Assembly (NCBI GenBank): GCA_963664405.1
Contig: OY761158.1
Span: forward strand, 1,664,001 to 1,728,000
Direction of reading: 5' to 3'
Origin: Thermoanaerobaculia bacterium
GTDB taxonomy: Bacteria > Acidobacteriota > Thermoanaerobaculia > Multivoradales > Multivoraceae
DNA: 64,000 nucleotides
The position numbers and the translations under genes are program-made. This document shows positions 49,555 to 58,374 of this stretch, piece by piece. The notes beneath the pieces are model-generated. The model did not search any database. It saw only the letters and a list, made by a program, of their open reading frames with translations, and was not told where the DNA came from. Position 1 is the first letter of the stretch. Every line of letters starts with the position of its first letter.

Positions 49555-51231
49555 ATGCTGAAGAGACGTCTGATCTCAGGGATCGCGATCTCTGTCTTGG
49601 CGGTGGTGGCTTGGGCCGCGAACACCGCCGTCGACACGACCAGCGGAGTCACCCTTTCAGGCTCTGTCGTCGACAGTGCCGGCCAGCCGGTCCGCGGTGC
49701 GACCGTGACGGCGTTCGACAACGCCATCGGCAAGAGTATCTCGGTCTACAGCCGAGAAGACGGCAGCTTCAGCCTGTCCGGGCTCGAGCCCAAGGACTAC
49801 ACGCTGCGGGCAAGGCTCCTCGGCATGGAGGACTCCGCGATCGAGGTGTCCGCGGGCAGCTCGAGCCAGCACAAGCTGGTGATGGCCGCGGCGACCGATC
49901 TCAACGCCCAGCGGCCGGCGAACAGCCGTCTCGACCTTCTGGAGTGGGAGGACGAGAAGGACGCTCTGAACTTCCGCATGATGTGCTTCTACTGTCACCA
50001 GGTGGGCACCGAGGGCTTTCGTAGTCCGGAGGAGCCGGTGGACTGGGAGGTCATGGTCACGCGGATGGACGGCTTCCAGGGGCTATACGAGCACACCCAG
50101 GGGATCCTGGTCGACAAGCTGCTCAACACCTACGGCGTCGGTGCAGAAGAGAGCTGGCCGGCCTATCAGCCGCCGGAGCGGCCCTCTGGAAGCGCTCTTC
50201 TGGCCGAGGTCACTGAGTGGACGATGGGCAAAGAGAACGACGGAATGATCCACGATCTGGAAGTGGGACGCGACGGCAAGATCTACACCGTCGACGGTGG
50301 CTCCGACGCAATCGCGGTGCTCGATCCGGTCACCGGCGAGCGCACCGTCATTAGCTTCCCTGGCGGCAAGGACTACAACTCGACCGACGGTGCGATCAAG
50401 GGACCCCATTCGGTCGAGGTCGCGCCCAACGGTGATCTGTGGTTCACCCTCGCGATTTCCGGCGAGATGGCGAAGTTCGATCCGGTCACTAACGAGTTCA
50501 CCGTGGTTTCCGGTCACCCGACTCGCAAGCGCTCCGGCTATCCGCACACCCTCCGGATCACACCCGACGGCAGCAAGGTCTGGTGGACCGACGCCGGTAT
50601 GGGTGTGTTCTCGATCGACACCGCCAGCTACGATGTGAAGTTCTACAATCTGCCGAGCGCCAACCAGGTGCGCGGGAAGGGCGCCAGCGGTGAGGGTCGT
50701 GGCGTGACGCCCTACGGCATCGACATCGCGCCGAACGGCAAAGTCTGGTACTCCAAGCTCCACGGCCAGCGCGTCGGCCGCATCGATCCTTCGAAGCCGG
50801 ACGGCGATCCCGATCAGATCGTCGAGTGGGAGCCCCCTGTCCACGGTCCTCGGCGCCTTCATGTCGCGCCCGATGGTCTGGTTTGGGTTCCGGGTTGGGC
50901 CAGCGGCAATATCGCCAACTTCGACGAGAGGCTGGAGGAGTGGACGGTCTACGACCTGCCGCACGGCAAGAACTCGATGCCCTATGCGCTCAACATCCAC
51001 CCGAAAACAGGTGACGTCTGGATCTGTGGAACAGGCAGCGACTCGATGCTTCGCTTCGATCCGAAGACCGAGGAGTTCACCGAGTACCGTATGCCCACGC
51101 GGGTGACCTACACCCGCGAGGTCGAGTTCGACGACGAGGGCAATGTCTGGGTGAGCAACTCGAACTACCCCACTCGCCACATCGAGAACCGCCACGGTTC
51201 TGTGATCAAGCTCGCACTACTGGACCAGTAG
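49555..51231 (+). CDS. Secreted carboxypeptidase-regulatory-like + cytochrome c + Vgb-like propeller protein (paralog of 21693-23360)
   Basis: CFYCH; shared blocks such as FRSPEEPVDWEVM and HPTRKRSGYPHTLRI. Confidence 0.8.
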   Translation: MLKRRLISGIAISVLAVVAWAANTAVDTTSGVTLSGSVVDSAGQPVRGATVTAFDNAIGKSISVYSREDGSFSLSGLEPKDYTLRARLLGMEDSAIEVSAGSSSQHKLVMAAATDLNAQRPANSRLDLLEWEDEKDALNFRMMCFYCHQVGTEGFRSPEEPVDWEVMVTRMDGFQGLYEHTQGILVDKLLNTYGVGAEESWPAYQPPERPSGSALLAEVTEWTMGKENDGMIHDLEVGRDGKIYTVDGGSDAIAVLDPVTGERTVISFPGGKDYNSTDGAIKGPHSVEVAPNGDLWFTLAISGEMAKFDPVTNEFTVVSGHPTRKRSGYPHTLRITPDGSKVWWTDAGMGVFSIDTASYDVKFYNLPSANQVRGKGASGEGRGVTPYGIDIAPNGKVWYSKLHGQRVGRIDPSKPDGDPDQIVEWEPPVHGPRRLHVAPDGLVWVPGWASGNIANFDERLEEWTVYDLPHGKNSMPYALNIHPKTGDVWICGTGSDSMLRFDPKTEEFTEYRMPTRVTYTREVEFDDEGNVWVSNSNYPTRHIENRHGSVIKLALLDQ

Positions 51232-51261
51232 CGCAGGCACGTCCCAAAACTCGCTTTTCCG

Positions 51262-51293
51262 GGGCCGGTGTTTACACCGGCCCTTTTTCTTTT
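51262..51293 (+). terminator. Rho-independent terminator
   Basis: GGGCCGGTG-TTTA-CACCGGCCC followed by TTTTTCTTTT. Confidence 0.85.
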
Positions 51294-51301
51294 CGGCCCG
51301 T

Positions 51302-51678
51302 TCAGCTGGCCGGTATCACCCAGATCGGAGACGAGAAGGCGCGCTCCTGAAGCGTGGTCGCGAGATCTGGTCGAGGCGGTGTGCCCGACCGTATCGCATC
51401 CCAGGTCGACCAGCGGCAGCTCGGGTTCTCCAAGGCCCGCACGTAATAGAAAGCACGTTGACCGCTGTCGAAGTCGGGATCGGTCCAGAGTGTTCTGAGC
51501 TGTGTTGAACCGACGCCGGCGTTGACGCTGCAGTCGTTGAGATTCACCTCGGCGCCGGTGTCGGGACAGCGGTGGGTCTCAGGATCGACCTCGAGACCGT
51601 CGGAGCAGGCGACATCGTAGACGCGCTCCTTCGGCCGGCCATCTTCGATCCAGCCCTTGATCACCTGCACGCGCTGGA
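51302..51678 (-). pseudogene. DUF3604 C-terminal remnant
   Basis: LQRVQVIKGW...ENPSCRWSTWD...ERAFSSPIW. Confidence 0.85.
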
Positions 51679-51745
51679 GCTTCGCGGACTCTGCGGCCGA
51701 CCCCGCGATTCGCAAGCTGCTCGAAGGCGAGGCCTGAGCGGCCCC

Positions 51746-52015
51746 CTAGAGGACTACCAAGTTCGACTTTTCCGCGTTGCGGACGGCATCGAAGGGCACC
51801 GCGCGGTCGAAGGTCACGAAGCGCCCTCGGTTCGCCACCGCGAGGTCGAGCAGATAGAGATCTGTGACCTGGCGGTGGCCGTGGATGCGAGTGGGGTCGA
51901 CCCGATCCGGGTCGAGAAGGCTCAGATCGCATCGCCAGAAGGCGTGATGCTCAGTCTCGGTCGCGGCTCGTAATCGCTCGATGGCGACTGCCGGAGGAAC
52001 CGGGCTCGGGTATGG
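51746..52015 (-). pseudogene. VapC/PIN toxin C-terminal remnant
   Basis: HRQVTDLYLLDLAVANRGRFVTFDR; the N-terminal PIN motif is missing. Confidence 0.75.
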
Positions 52016-52115
52016 GGTGCTCAACGCGGTGAGCGACCCCGAGCACGCGCTCTTCCAAAGCGAGGTCGCCCAGGAGAGAAGCTCGCCTTGTTGCATAAGC
52101 GCGCTATCCTTGTTT

Positions 52116-53849
52116 TTCAAGGCCATTCCCGTGGTCATCGACGGTCGCATGTACGTGAGCACCCCTCTCGGCCAGGTGGCGGCGATCGACGCCGCCTCGG
52201 GCAAGCCGCTGTGGAGCTACGACCCACAGAGCTGGGAGGCGGGGCGCCCGGCGAATATGGGGTTCCATCATCGCGGCGTGGCGCTCTGGCGCAAGGGCGA
52301 AAAACAACGGGTGCTGATGGCCACCCACGACCGGCGTCTGCTCTCGCTCGACGCGACAACCGGCAGGCCGGATCCCGCCTTCGGCAAGCGGGGCGCACTG
52401 GAGATGACCAGAGATCTGGGCCGCAAGGTCCTCGAGTCGCGAACCACACACAGCTCGCCGCCGGCGATCTGTCGCGACACCGTGATCGTGGGCTCGATCG
52501 TGGCCGATATGGCCACACATCAAGAGGCGCCGCCGGGCTTCGTGCGCGCCTATGATGCCGAGAGCGGCGCCCTGGCGTGGGTCTTTCACACCATCCCCCA
52601 GCAGGGAGAGGAGGGCACAGAGACCTGGGAGAACGAGTCTTGGCGCTACAGCGGCAACACCAATGTGTGGTCGATGATCACCGTCGACGAAGAGCTCGGC
52701 CTCGCCTATCTTCCGATCGGCACGCCGACGAGCGATCTCTACGGCGGTCATCGCCTCGGCGACAACCTCTACGCCGAGAGCCTGGTGGCGGTCGACTGCG
52801 AGACCGGCGAGAAGCGCTGGCACTTCCAGATCGTGCACCACGGCCTCTGGGACTACGACCTGCCACCGCCGCCGAACAGGATCGATCTGATGGTGGATGG
52901 CAAGCTCCGGAAGGTGGTGGCGCAAGCCAGCAAGCAGGCCTTCCTCTTCGTCCTCGATGCGGTGACGGGAGAGCCGCTGTGGCCGATCGAAGAGCGTCCC
53001 GTGCCTCCGAGCCAGGTGCCTGGAGAGCGCGCCTCGCCGACCCAGCCTTTCCCCACCAAGCCCGCCGCCTACGATCGCCAGGGCATCAGCGTAGACGACC
53101 TGATCGACTTCACCCCCCAGCTTCGGAAAGAAGCCCTCGAGATCGCGAGGGCGTACGAGCTGGCGCCTCTCTACACGCCGCCTCGGGTCGCGGGCAAGGG
53201 TAAGCCGGTGATCCAGCAGCCCGGTCCGGGTGGAGGCACCAACTGGACCGGCACCGCGGTCGACCCCGAAAGCGGCATGATCTACGTGCCTTCCTACGCC
53301 ACCCCGAGATCCGTTTCGCTCACCCCGCCCGACCCCAATCGATCGGATCTGCGTTACGTACCCGACGGCTGGTACGAGCACGTCGAGGGTCCTCGAGGTC
53401 TGCCGCTGGTCAAGCCGCCGTACGGACGCGTCACCGCGATCGATCTCGCTACCGGCGAGCACGTCTGGGTCGCGGCCCACGGTGAGGGGCCGCGCAACCA
53501 CCCGACGATCAAGCACTTGGGCCTGGATCGGCTGGGCTCCCCGAACCAGACAGCAGCGCCGCTGGTGACCAAGACTCTGTTGTTCGTCACCCATCGTGCC
53601 GAGAACACCACCGGCGCCGATCCCCCCACCACGGATCGACCGGCCGAGATCAGCGTTTACGACAAGAAGACCGGGGCCTACCTGGGCGGCATCGAGCTCC
53701 CCGACTCGCCCAACTCGAACCTCATCACCTACGAAGTGGGGGGTCGTCAGTATCTCGCAGTGAGCGTCGGTGGCGGAAGAGAGGCTGCCGAGACCGACAG
53801 CACTCCTGCCGGTGTGGTCGCACTCGCGCTCGCCTCCGGAAGTGATTAA
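52116..53849 (+). pseudogene. 5'-truncated paralog of the PQQ glucose-type dehydrogenase at 12250
   Basis: Similarity starts at FKAIPVVIDG; signal peptide and first motif absent; upstream sequence is a DUF3604 fragment (52015-52076). Confidence 0.8.
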
Positions 53850-53903
53850 CAATACAAAGCTAAAGCACGCCGAGACATAGATCGGTTTAGCTCAGATCCC
53901 AAG

Positions 53904-53935
53904 GCACCGGCGGCTTCGGCCGCCGGTGTTTTTTT
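53904..53935 (+). terminator. Rho-independent terminator (identical to 6004)
   Basis: Same hairpin plus T-run, preceded by the TonB-receptor 3' UTR. Confidence 0.88.
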
Positions 53936-53983
53936 ATGTCTGAAGGTCACTCGACGGCCTCGACGACTGGCCCGCGCTGCTCA

Positions 53984-54403
53984 TCAACGGTCGAGGGTAC
54001 CGGGTGCTGCGATCCATTCTGTGGGCTGGCCGGTGACCTTGGCGATCCGCTCGTAGTCGTCGTCGTAGTGCAGCACCGTCAAGTTGGCGCTCTCCGCCGT
54101 CGCGGCGACAACAAGATCCACCGGCTTTGCTCCGCGATGGAGGCCGGCGCCGGCCATGAGGCCGGCGACTTGGAGGGCGCGGTTCAAGACCTCTGGAGTG
54201 ATCACTGCCTCGGGTAGCGCCAACCTTTCGCTGATGACCTCGGGAACGTCGCGAGACCGCGAGCCGTACACCACCTCGAGGTCGAGAGGGCGGCAGCTGA
54301 AGAGGCGTCCGACTTCGGCCAACTCCTGGAGCCGAGAACCGACAGCGCTCTGAGGAGCGCGCGCTAGAACAGAAGTGTCGACCAAATAACTCGGCTCAGC
54401 CAT
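53984..54403 (-). CDS. vapC: VapC PIN toxin (copy 2)
   Basis: Nearly identical to 7255-7674. Confidence 0.9.
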   Translation of the reverse strand: MAEPSYLVDTSVLARAPQSAVGSRLQELAEVGRLFSCRPLDLEVVYGSRSRDVPEVISERLALPEAVITPEVLNRALQVAGLMAGAGLHRGAKPVDLVVAATAESANLTVLHYDDDYERIAKVTGQPTEWIAAPGTLDR

Positions 54404-54614
54404 GATCGGTCAAGCGCGGTTTACGAGCCTCCTCGATCCGATCGAGATCGAGAGAGCCCGGTCGGCGTAGACGTTCTATGTGGGCGACCGCCGTCTGACG
54501 ATCGACCACGCTGCGTAGCGCAATCTCGATCGTGGCCCGAATCGTGCCAGCCCGAGTGGCACTACGAGCCCTCTCCAGCAGCTCGTCGTCGATCTCAACC
54601 AGTCGCTTCGTCAC
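54396..54614 (-). CDS. vapB: VapB antitoxin (copy 2)
   Basis: Protein identical to 7667-7885. Confidence 0.85.
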   Translation of the reverse strand: MTKRLVEIDDELLERARSATRAGTIRATIEIALRSVVDRQTAVAHIERLRRPGSLDLDRIEEARKPRLTDHG

Positions 54615-54779
54615 GAAGGGAGTATATACCTATCACCCATTAATATATACCGCTCAGACGAGTTAGCCGCTTTCTTACCTGGAGGCCGTATCTCTCTGAT
54701 TGAATTTATAAAGTTCAATTTACATGATACTCTCGGACACGGCTTAGTCAGCACAACCGCAGCCAAGGAGACCCCCGCC

Positions 54780-55976
54780 ACGATTCCAAGAGCCCTCAGC
54801 CCCGTTCTCAGAGACCGCGCAAGCCACTACCCCGTAGTGACCTTGACCGGTCCGCGCCAATCGGGGAAGACGACCCTGGTCAAAGAGTGCTTCGCGAGTC
54901 ACCAGTACGTCAGCTTGGAGGAGCCCGACACCCGCTCCTTTGCGCTCGAAGACCCTCGAGGGTTTCTCGGCCAGTTTCGGGAGGGCGTCGTGCTCGACGA
55001 AGTCCAGCGCACCCCGGATCTCTTCTCCTACATCCAGACGCTGGTCGATGACGATCCACGGCCGGGACGATTCGTGCTCTCCGGCTCACAGAACTTCCTG
55101 CTCTTGCGCTCGGTCGGACAGTCTCTTGCCGGCCGCTCCACCGTCCTACACCTGCTACCACTGTCTCTGAGCGAGCTGGCCCGGCGTCCCACGTTAGACC
55201 CCGATCGACTCGAGATCGAGCTCGTCGAGGATCGATCGGAGTGGGACCAACCTCTGACGGAGACACTGTTTCGCGGCTTCTACCCGAGGCTACAAACCGC
55301 CGGTTTGGACGCCACCACCTGGCTCGCCGACTACTACCAGACCTATATCGAGCGCGACGTGCGCGAGATCGTCAACGTGGGTGATCTCGATGCCTTCGGT
55401 CGCTTCATCAGATTGTGTGCGGGGCGCAACGGCCAGCTGCTGAACCTCTCTTCGCTGGCCAACGACTGCGGGATTACCCACACAACCACAAGAAGGTGGC
55501 TGTCCATTCTCGAAGCGAGCTTCGTCGTCCGCCTTCTTCGCCCACACCATGCGAACTTCTCGAAGCGGCTGATCAAGAGCCCAAAGCTCTACTTTCTGGA
55601 TTCCGGACTCTTGTGCTACCTGCTCCGAATCCGGACTGCCCAAGACCTCGAGACCCACGGGTCTCGCGGATCGGTCTTCGAGACCTTTGTCTACGCTGAG
55701 CTGGCCAAGAGTTTCCTCAACCACGGACGTGAGATCGACCTCTACTTCTGGCGCACCTCAGGGGGCCGAGAGGTCGACTTTCTGGTGCAGCGAGGCGAGG
55801 AGCTGTTGGCGATCGAGGCAAAATCGGGGCAGACCGTCGCCTCAGACTTCTTCTCCGGTCTGCTCTATTGGCGAGATCTACACGGTCACGAAGACTGGCC
55901 GGCGCTGCTGGTCACCGGCGGCGACCGCAGCTTTCGACAACGAGGGGTCGACGTCATCTCGTGGCGCCGGCTCTGA
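54780..55976 (+). CDS. AAA_14 ATPase with DUF4143 domain
   Basis: GPRQSGKTT, LDEVQ, SGS, SLAGR, KLYFLDSG, EVDFL..AIEAK; start probably ACG at 54780, or GTG at 54837. Confidence 0.9.
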   Translation, partial: TIPRALSPVLRDRASHYPVVTLTGPRQSGKTTLVKECFASHQYVSLEEPDTRSFALEDPRGFLGQFREGVVLDEVQRTPDLFSYIQTLVDDDPRPGRFVLSGSQNFLLLRSVGQSLAGRSTVLHLLPLSLSELARRPTLDPDRLEIELVEDRSEWDQPLTETLFRGFYPRLQTAGLDATTWLADYYQTYIERDVREIVNVGDLDAFGRFIRLCAGRNGQLLNLSSLANDCGITHTTTRRWLSILEASFVVRLLRPHHANFSKRLIKSPKLYFLDSGLLCYLLRIRTAQDLETHGSRGSVFETFVYAELAKSFLNHGREIDLYFWRTSGGREVDFLVQRGEELLAIEAKSGQTVASDFFSGLLYWRDLHGHEDWPALLVTGGDRSFRQRGVDVISWRRL

Positions 55977-56035
55977 TCGGCAGCGTCATCTCTTCGTCGA
56001 GTGAGAAGTCGGCTTGTGCTCGGACGAGCACTGAC

Positions 56036-56383
56036 TTAGCGGCGGCGCGTGAAGCGCCAGCTTTCGGCACGCTGCGCTTCGGTGAGGAAACCGTTGGCTG
56101 AGGATCTTTCGAGCTCCTGGCGCGTGTAGGCAAAGAGATCCATGCCGACGGGGAAGGACTCGGGAAGATAGTCGGCGGTCCGGTCCTGGAAGGGTTTGCT
56201 CGAGCCGGAAAGGATCAGAAGAACGTCGACGTCGCTTCCGGGCGAGTAAGTGCCGCGAGGGAAGGAGCCGAAGACCACGACCTCCTCGACCTCGGGACGA
56301 GTCTCGAGAAGTTGGCGGGCAAACTCGGCGGTCTGTCGCCGAATCGCCTCGAAGTCAATCGATTTGACGACGACAGAACTCAA
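56036..56383 (-). CDS. Minimal nucleotidyltransferase (MNT)
   Basis: VVVFGSFPRG...SDVDVLLI; TTG start inferred. Confidence 0.82.
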   Translation of the reverse strand: MSSVVVKSIDFEAIRRQTAEFARQLLETRPEVEEVVVFGSFPRGTYSPGSDVDVLLILSGSSKPFQDRTADYLPESFPVGMDLFAYTRQELERSSANGFLTEAQRAESWRFTRRR

Positions 56384-56744
56384 GAATCTCTCCCGCTGCG
56401 GCGATGGCGCGCTCAGCTTCCCCAGCGGTGTAGAAGTCGGTCGGAGCGCCCTGCTCGAGTCCGTTCGGATAACGGGTCGGAATGTAGTGCTTGTCGAGCT
56501 CCTTGGCTCGATCCGAAAGCGAGGTCTCGATTTCGACTCTGTCGCTGAGATGGCCCAAGAGAAGAGAGAGCGTGTGACCCCATGCGTCGAGATGGAGTTT
56601 CTGAAAGACGGCCTTGATCGCCTTTTCGGCGGCCTGATGACAGGCAAAGGCCGCCCAATCGTAGTCGCCGACGTCGCGAGCGTTCCTCGCATGACGGAGG
56701 TCTGCCTGCGCTTGGCGCATCCAGTCTTGCGATCTCTCGGGCAT
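56355..56744 (-). CDS. HEPN domain protein
   Basis: WMRQAQADL..A, FACHQAAEKAIKA, HTL, YIPTRYP. Confidence 0.88.
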   Translation of the reverse strand: MPERSQDWMRQAQADLRHARNARDVGDYDWAAFACHQAAEKAIKAVFQKLHLDAWGHTLSLLLGHLSDRVEIETSLSDRAKELDKHYIPTRYPNGLEQGAPTDFYTAGEAERAIAAAGEILEFCRRQID

Positions 56745-56879
56745 CGTGGCGAGAACCTGTGAGCGCAGCTGCACTCCGTTGATTCGCAGGTCGAGTCTAG
56801 CGCATGCTCCTCGACCGACCGGATCTCAGCGGGTCGCGCTCGAGGGCTATCGCTATGTCTGTGCTATTATGTATGAGTC

Positions 56880-57116
56880 ATGAGACGTACTACGGTGATG
56901 CTGCCAGAGGACCTGAAGGTTCGAGCGGAGCGCTACGCTCGAGAGGTGGGAGTGTCGCTGGGCGAGCTGATTCGCCGCTCTCTGGCGAGCTCGCTCAGCC
57001 AGCCAGGCTCCGTGGCCGAGGATCCGTTGTTCGCGGATGACGCGACCTACGCGGGGAGCGTACCGGCGGGCTACGCCGTCGATCACGACGACTACCTCTA
57101 CGGCGACAAGTCGTGA
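56880..57116 (+). CDS. CopG/RHH antitoxin
   Basis: MRRTTVMLPEDL..GVSLGELIRR; C-terminal HDDYLYG. Confidence 0.85.
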   Translation: MRRTTVMLPEDLKVRAERYAREVGVSLGELIRRSLASSLSQPGSVAEDPLFADDATYAGSVPAGYAVDHDDYLYGDKS

Positions 57117-57517
57117 TCTTTGTCGACACCGGGGCCTTCTTGGCTCGGTATCTCGAGCGCGATCAACATCACGAGCGAGCCGTCGAGGGTTGGCAGCGCC
57201 TGCGCGACCACCGAGTGGCGACGACGAGTCACGTCCTCGACGAGGTCTTCACCCTGCTCGGTCGCCGGGCAGGCAACGCCTTCGCTGCGGAACGGGCGCG
57301 CAGAGTCTTGACCTCGCAGGTACTTCAGGTGGTACGGCCAGGCCTCGATGACGAGCTTGCGGCGCTGACCTTCTTCGAGAAGTTCGGCGACCAGCGGGTG
57401 AGCTTCACCGATGCCCTCTCGTTCACTGTGATGGGAAGGCTCTCGATCGAGCGGGCTTTCAGCTTCGATCGCCACTTCGCGCTAGCCGGTTTCGAGCTCT
57501 GGCCCGAGCCGAGGTGA
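57113..57517 (+). CDS. vapC: VapC PIN toxin
   Basis: IFVDTGAF, LDE, SFTDALSF, AFSFDRHF. Confidence 0.9.
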   Translation: MIFVDTGAFLARYLERDQHHERAVEGWQRLRDHRVATTSHVLDEVFTLLGRRAGNAFAAERARRVLTSQVLQVVRPGLDDELAALTFFEKFGDQRVSFTDALSFTVMGRLSIERAFSFDRHFALAGFELWPEPR

Positions 57518-57543
57518 CCTCGCCAATGTCGACTGCGGGCCGG

Positions 57544-57600
57544 CAGCTCGCTCACTACCTGCTCCGTCCGCCGCTCAGTCTCAAGCGCATGTCCTGGGCA
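57544..57600 (+). pseudogene. Possible IS91-family (HUH Y2) transposase fragment
   Basis: QLAHYLLRPPLSLKRM resembles the LxxYxxRPPxxxxR motif; very short. Confidence 0.4.
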
Positions 57601-57612
57601 AGTTCCCGCTCG

Positions 57613-57774
57613 AGACCAGCGTTTCCAAAGTTCGTGTCGCATAGCTCGAGGTCATTCTGTTCGCTGGCCAGGCGCGCCGACGCAGGCATATTGGGCAATA
57701 TATCGAGGAGGCGCAACGCCGCCAGCGGGCCGAAGGGGCCGAGATATGTGCGCGAACTTTGGAAACGCTGGTCT
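57613..57774. mobile_element. MITE-like element with perfect 22-bp TIRs
   Basis: AGACCAGCGTTTCCAAAGTTCG ... CGAACTTTGGAAACGCTGGTCT. Confidence 0.8.
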
Positions 57775-57799
57775 AGGACGCTGCGGCGCCTCCCTGCTC

Positions 57800-58025
57800 T
57801 TAGCTCCACGTTTGGCGATCGAGCCAGTCGATGAGAATGCGATTCAGCTCCTCGGGCTGCTCCTGCTGGGTCCAGTGCCCACAGTCCTCGATCGTCTGCT
57901 TCTCGAGATTCCGCACCCACTTCTCCAGGCCGTCCGCTGAAGAAGGTGGCAGCACCGCATCGTCGGCGGCGCCGATATAGAGGCTCGGTTGCTCGACGTT
58001 GAAGTCGAGGCCTTTGCTCTCCTCC
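57800..58025 (-). pseudogene. Alpha/beta (epoxide) hydrolase C-terminal remnant
   Basis: PSLYIGAADDAVLPP...DCGHWTQQEQPEELNRILIDWL. Confidence 0.8.
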
Positions 58026-58026
58026 C

Positions 58027-58358
58027 CCCAGCAGCCTCTGGCTGCTCGAGGTGCCACCCGAATAGTCTGCCGCCCGTTCCTGGTTCGCTCACAAGGTGTC
58101 ACCCTCTTCTCGAGGACGGCGGATGGGGCGACCAGAGTCGCTACCAGCTCCGTGTTCCCACTCGTAAGATGTTGACATTATTCGATTTAGATGGAGCCAA
58201 GATTCCTAAAGATATTCGGCTGTAGTACCGTCGGCAGCCCCAGCCCAGAGCCAAGCAGCCATCGGCCGAATGAATGTATAGCGCCGTCGAGGGATTTGCG
58301 GCCAAGCGATCAGCCCAATTGGATGATCGCGAACGCCCAGAATCCCGTTGGGCCTACC
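58027..58358. repeat. Dispersed repeat: unit B (hairpin + dif-like site at 58170-58197) followed directly by unit A
   Basis: Similar to 61564-61730 and to 6241-6365. Confidence 0.75.
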
Positions 58359-58374
58359 CCTCTACGATGGCCGA

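Noticed and set aside
52088-52115. Another dif-like site (TTGCATAA-GCGCGC) at the GDH truncation
   Set aside because: The second arm does not match; too weak to call.
58265-58353. Unit A as a canonical integron attC (GCCGAAT...GTTGGGC)
   Set aside because: The ends resemble R boxes, but the internal stem is asymmetric, L boxes are not evident, the other copies lack GTT, and no intI is in the window.
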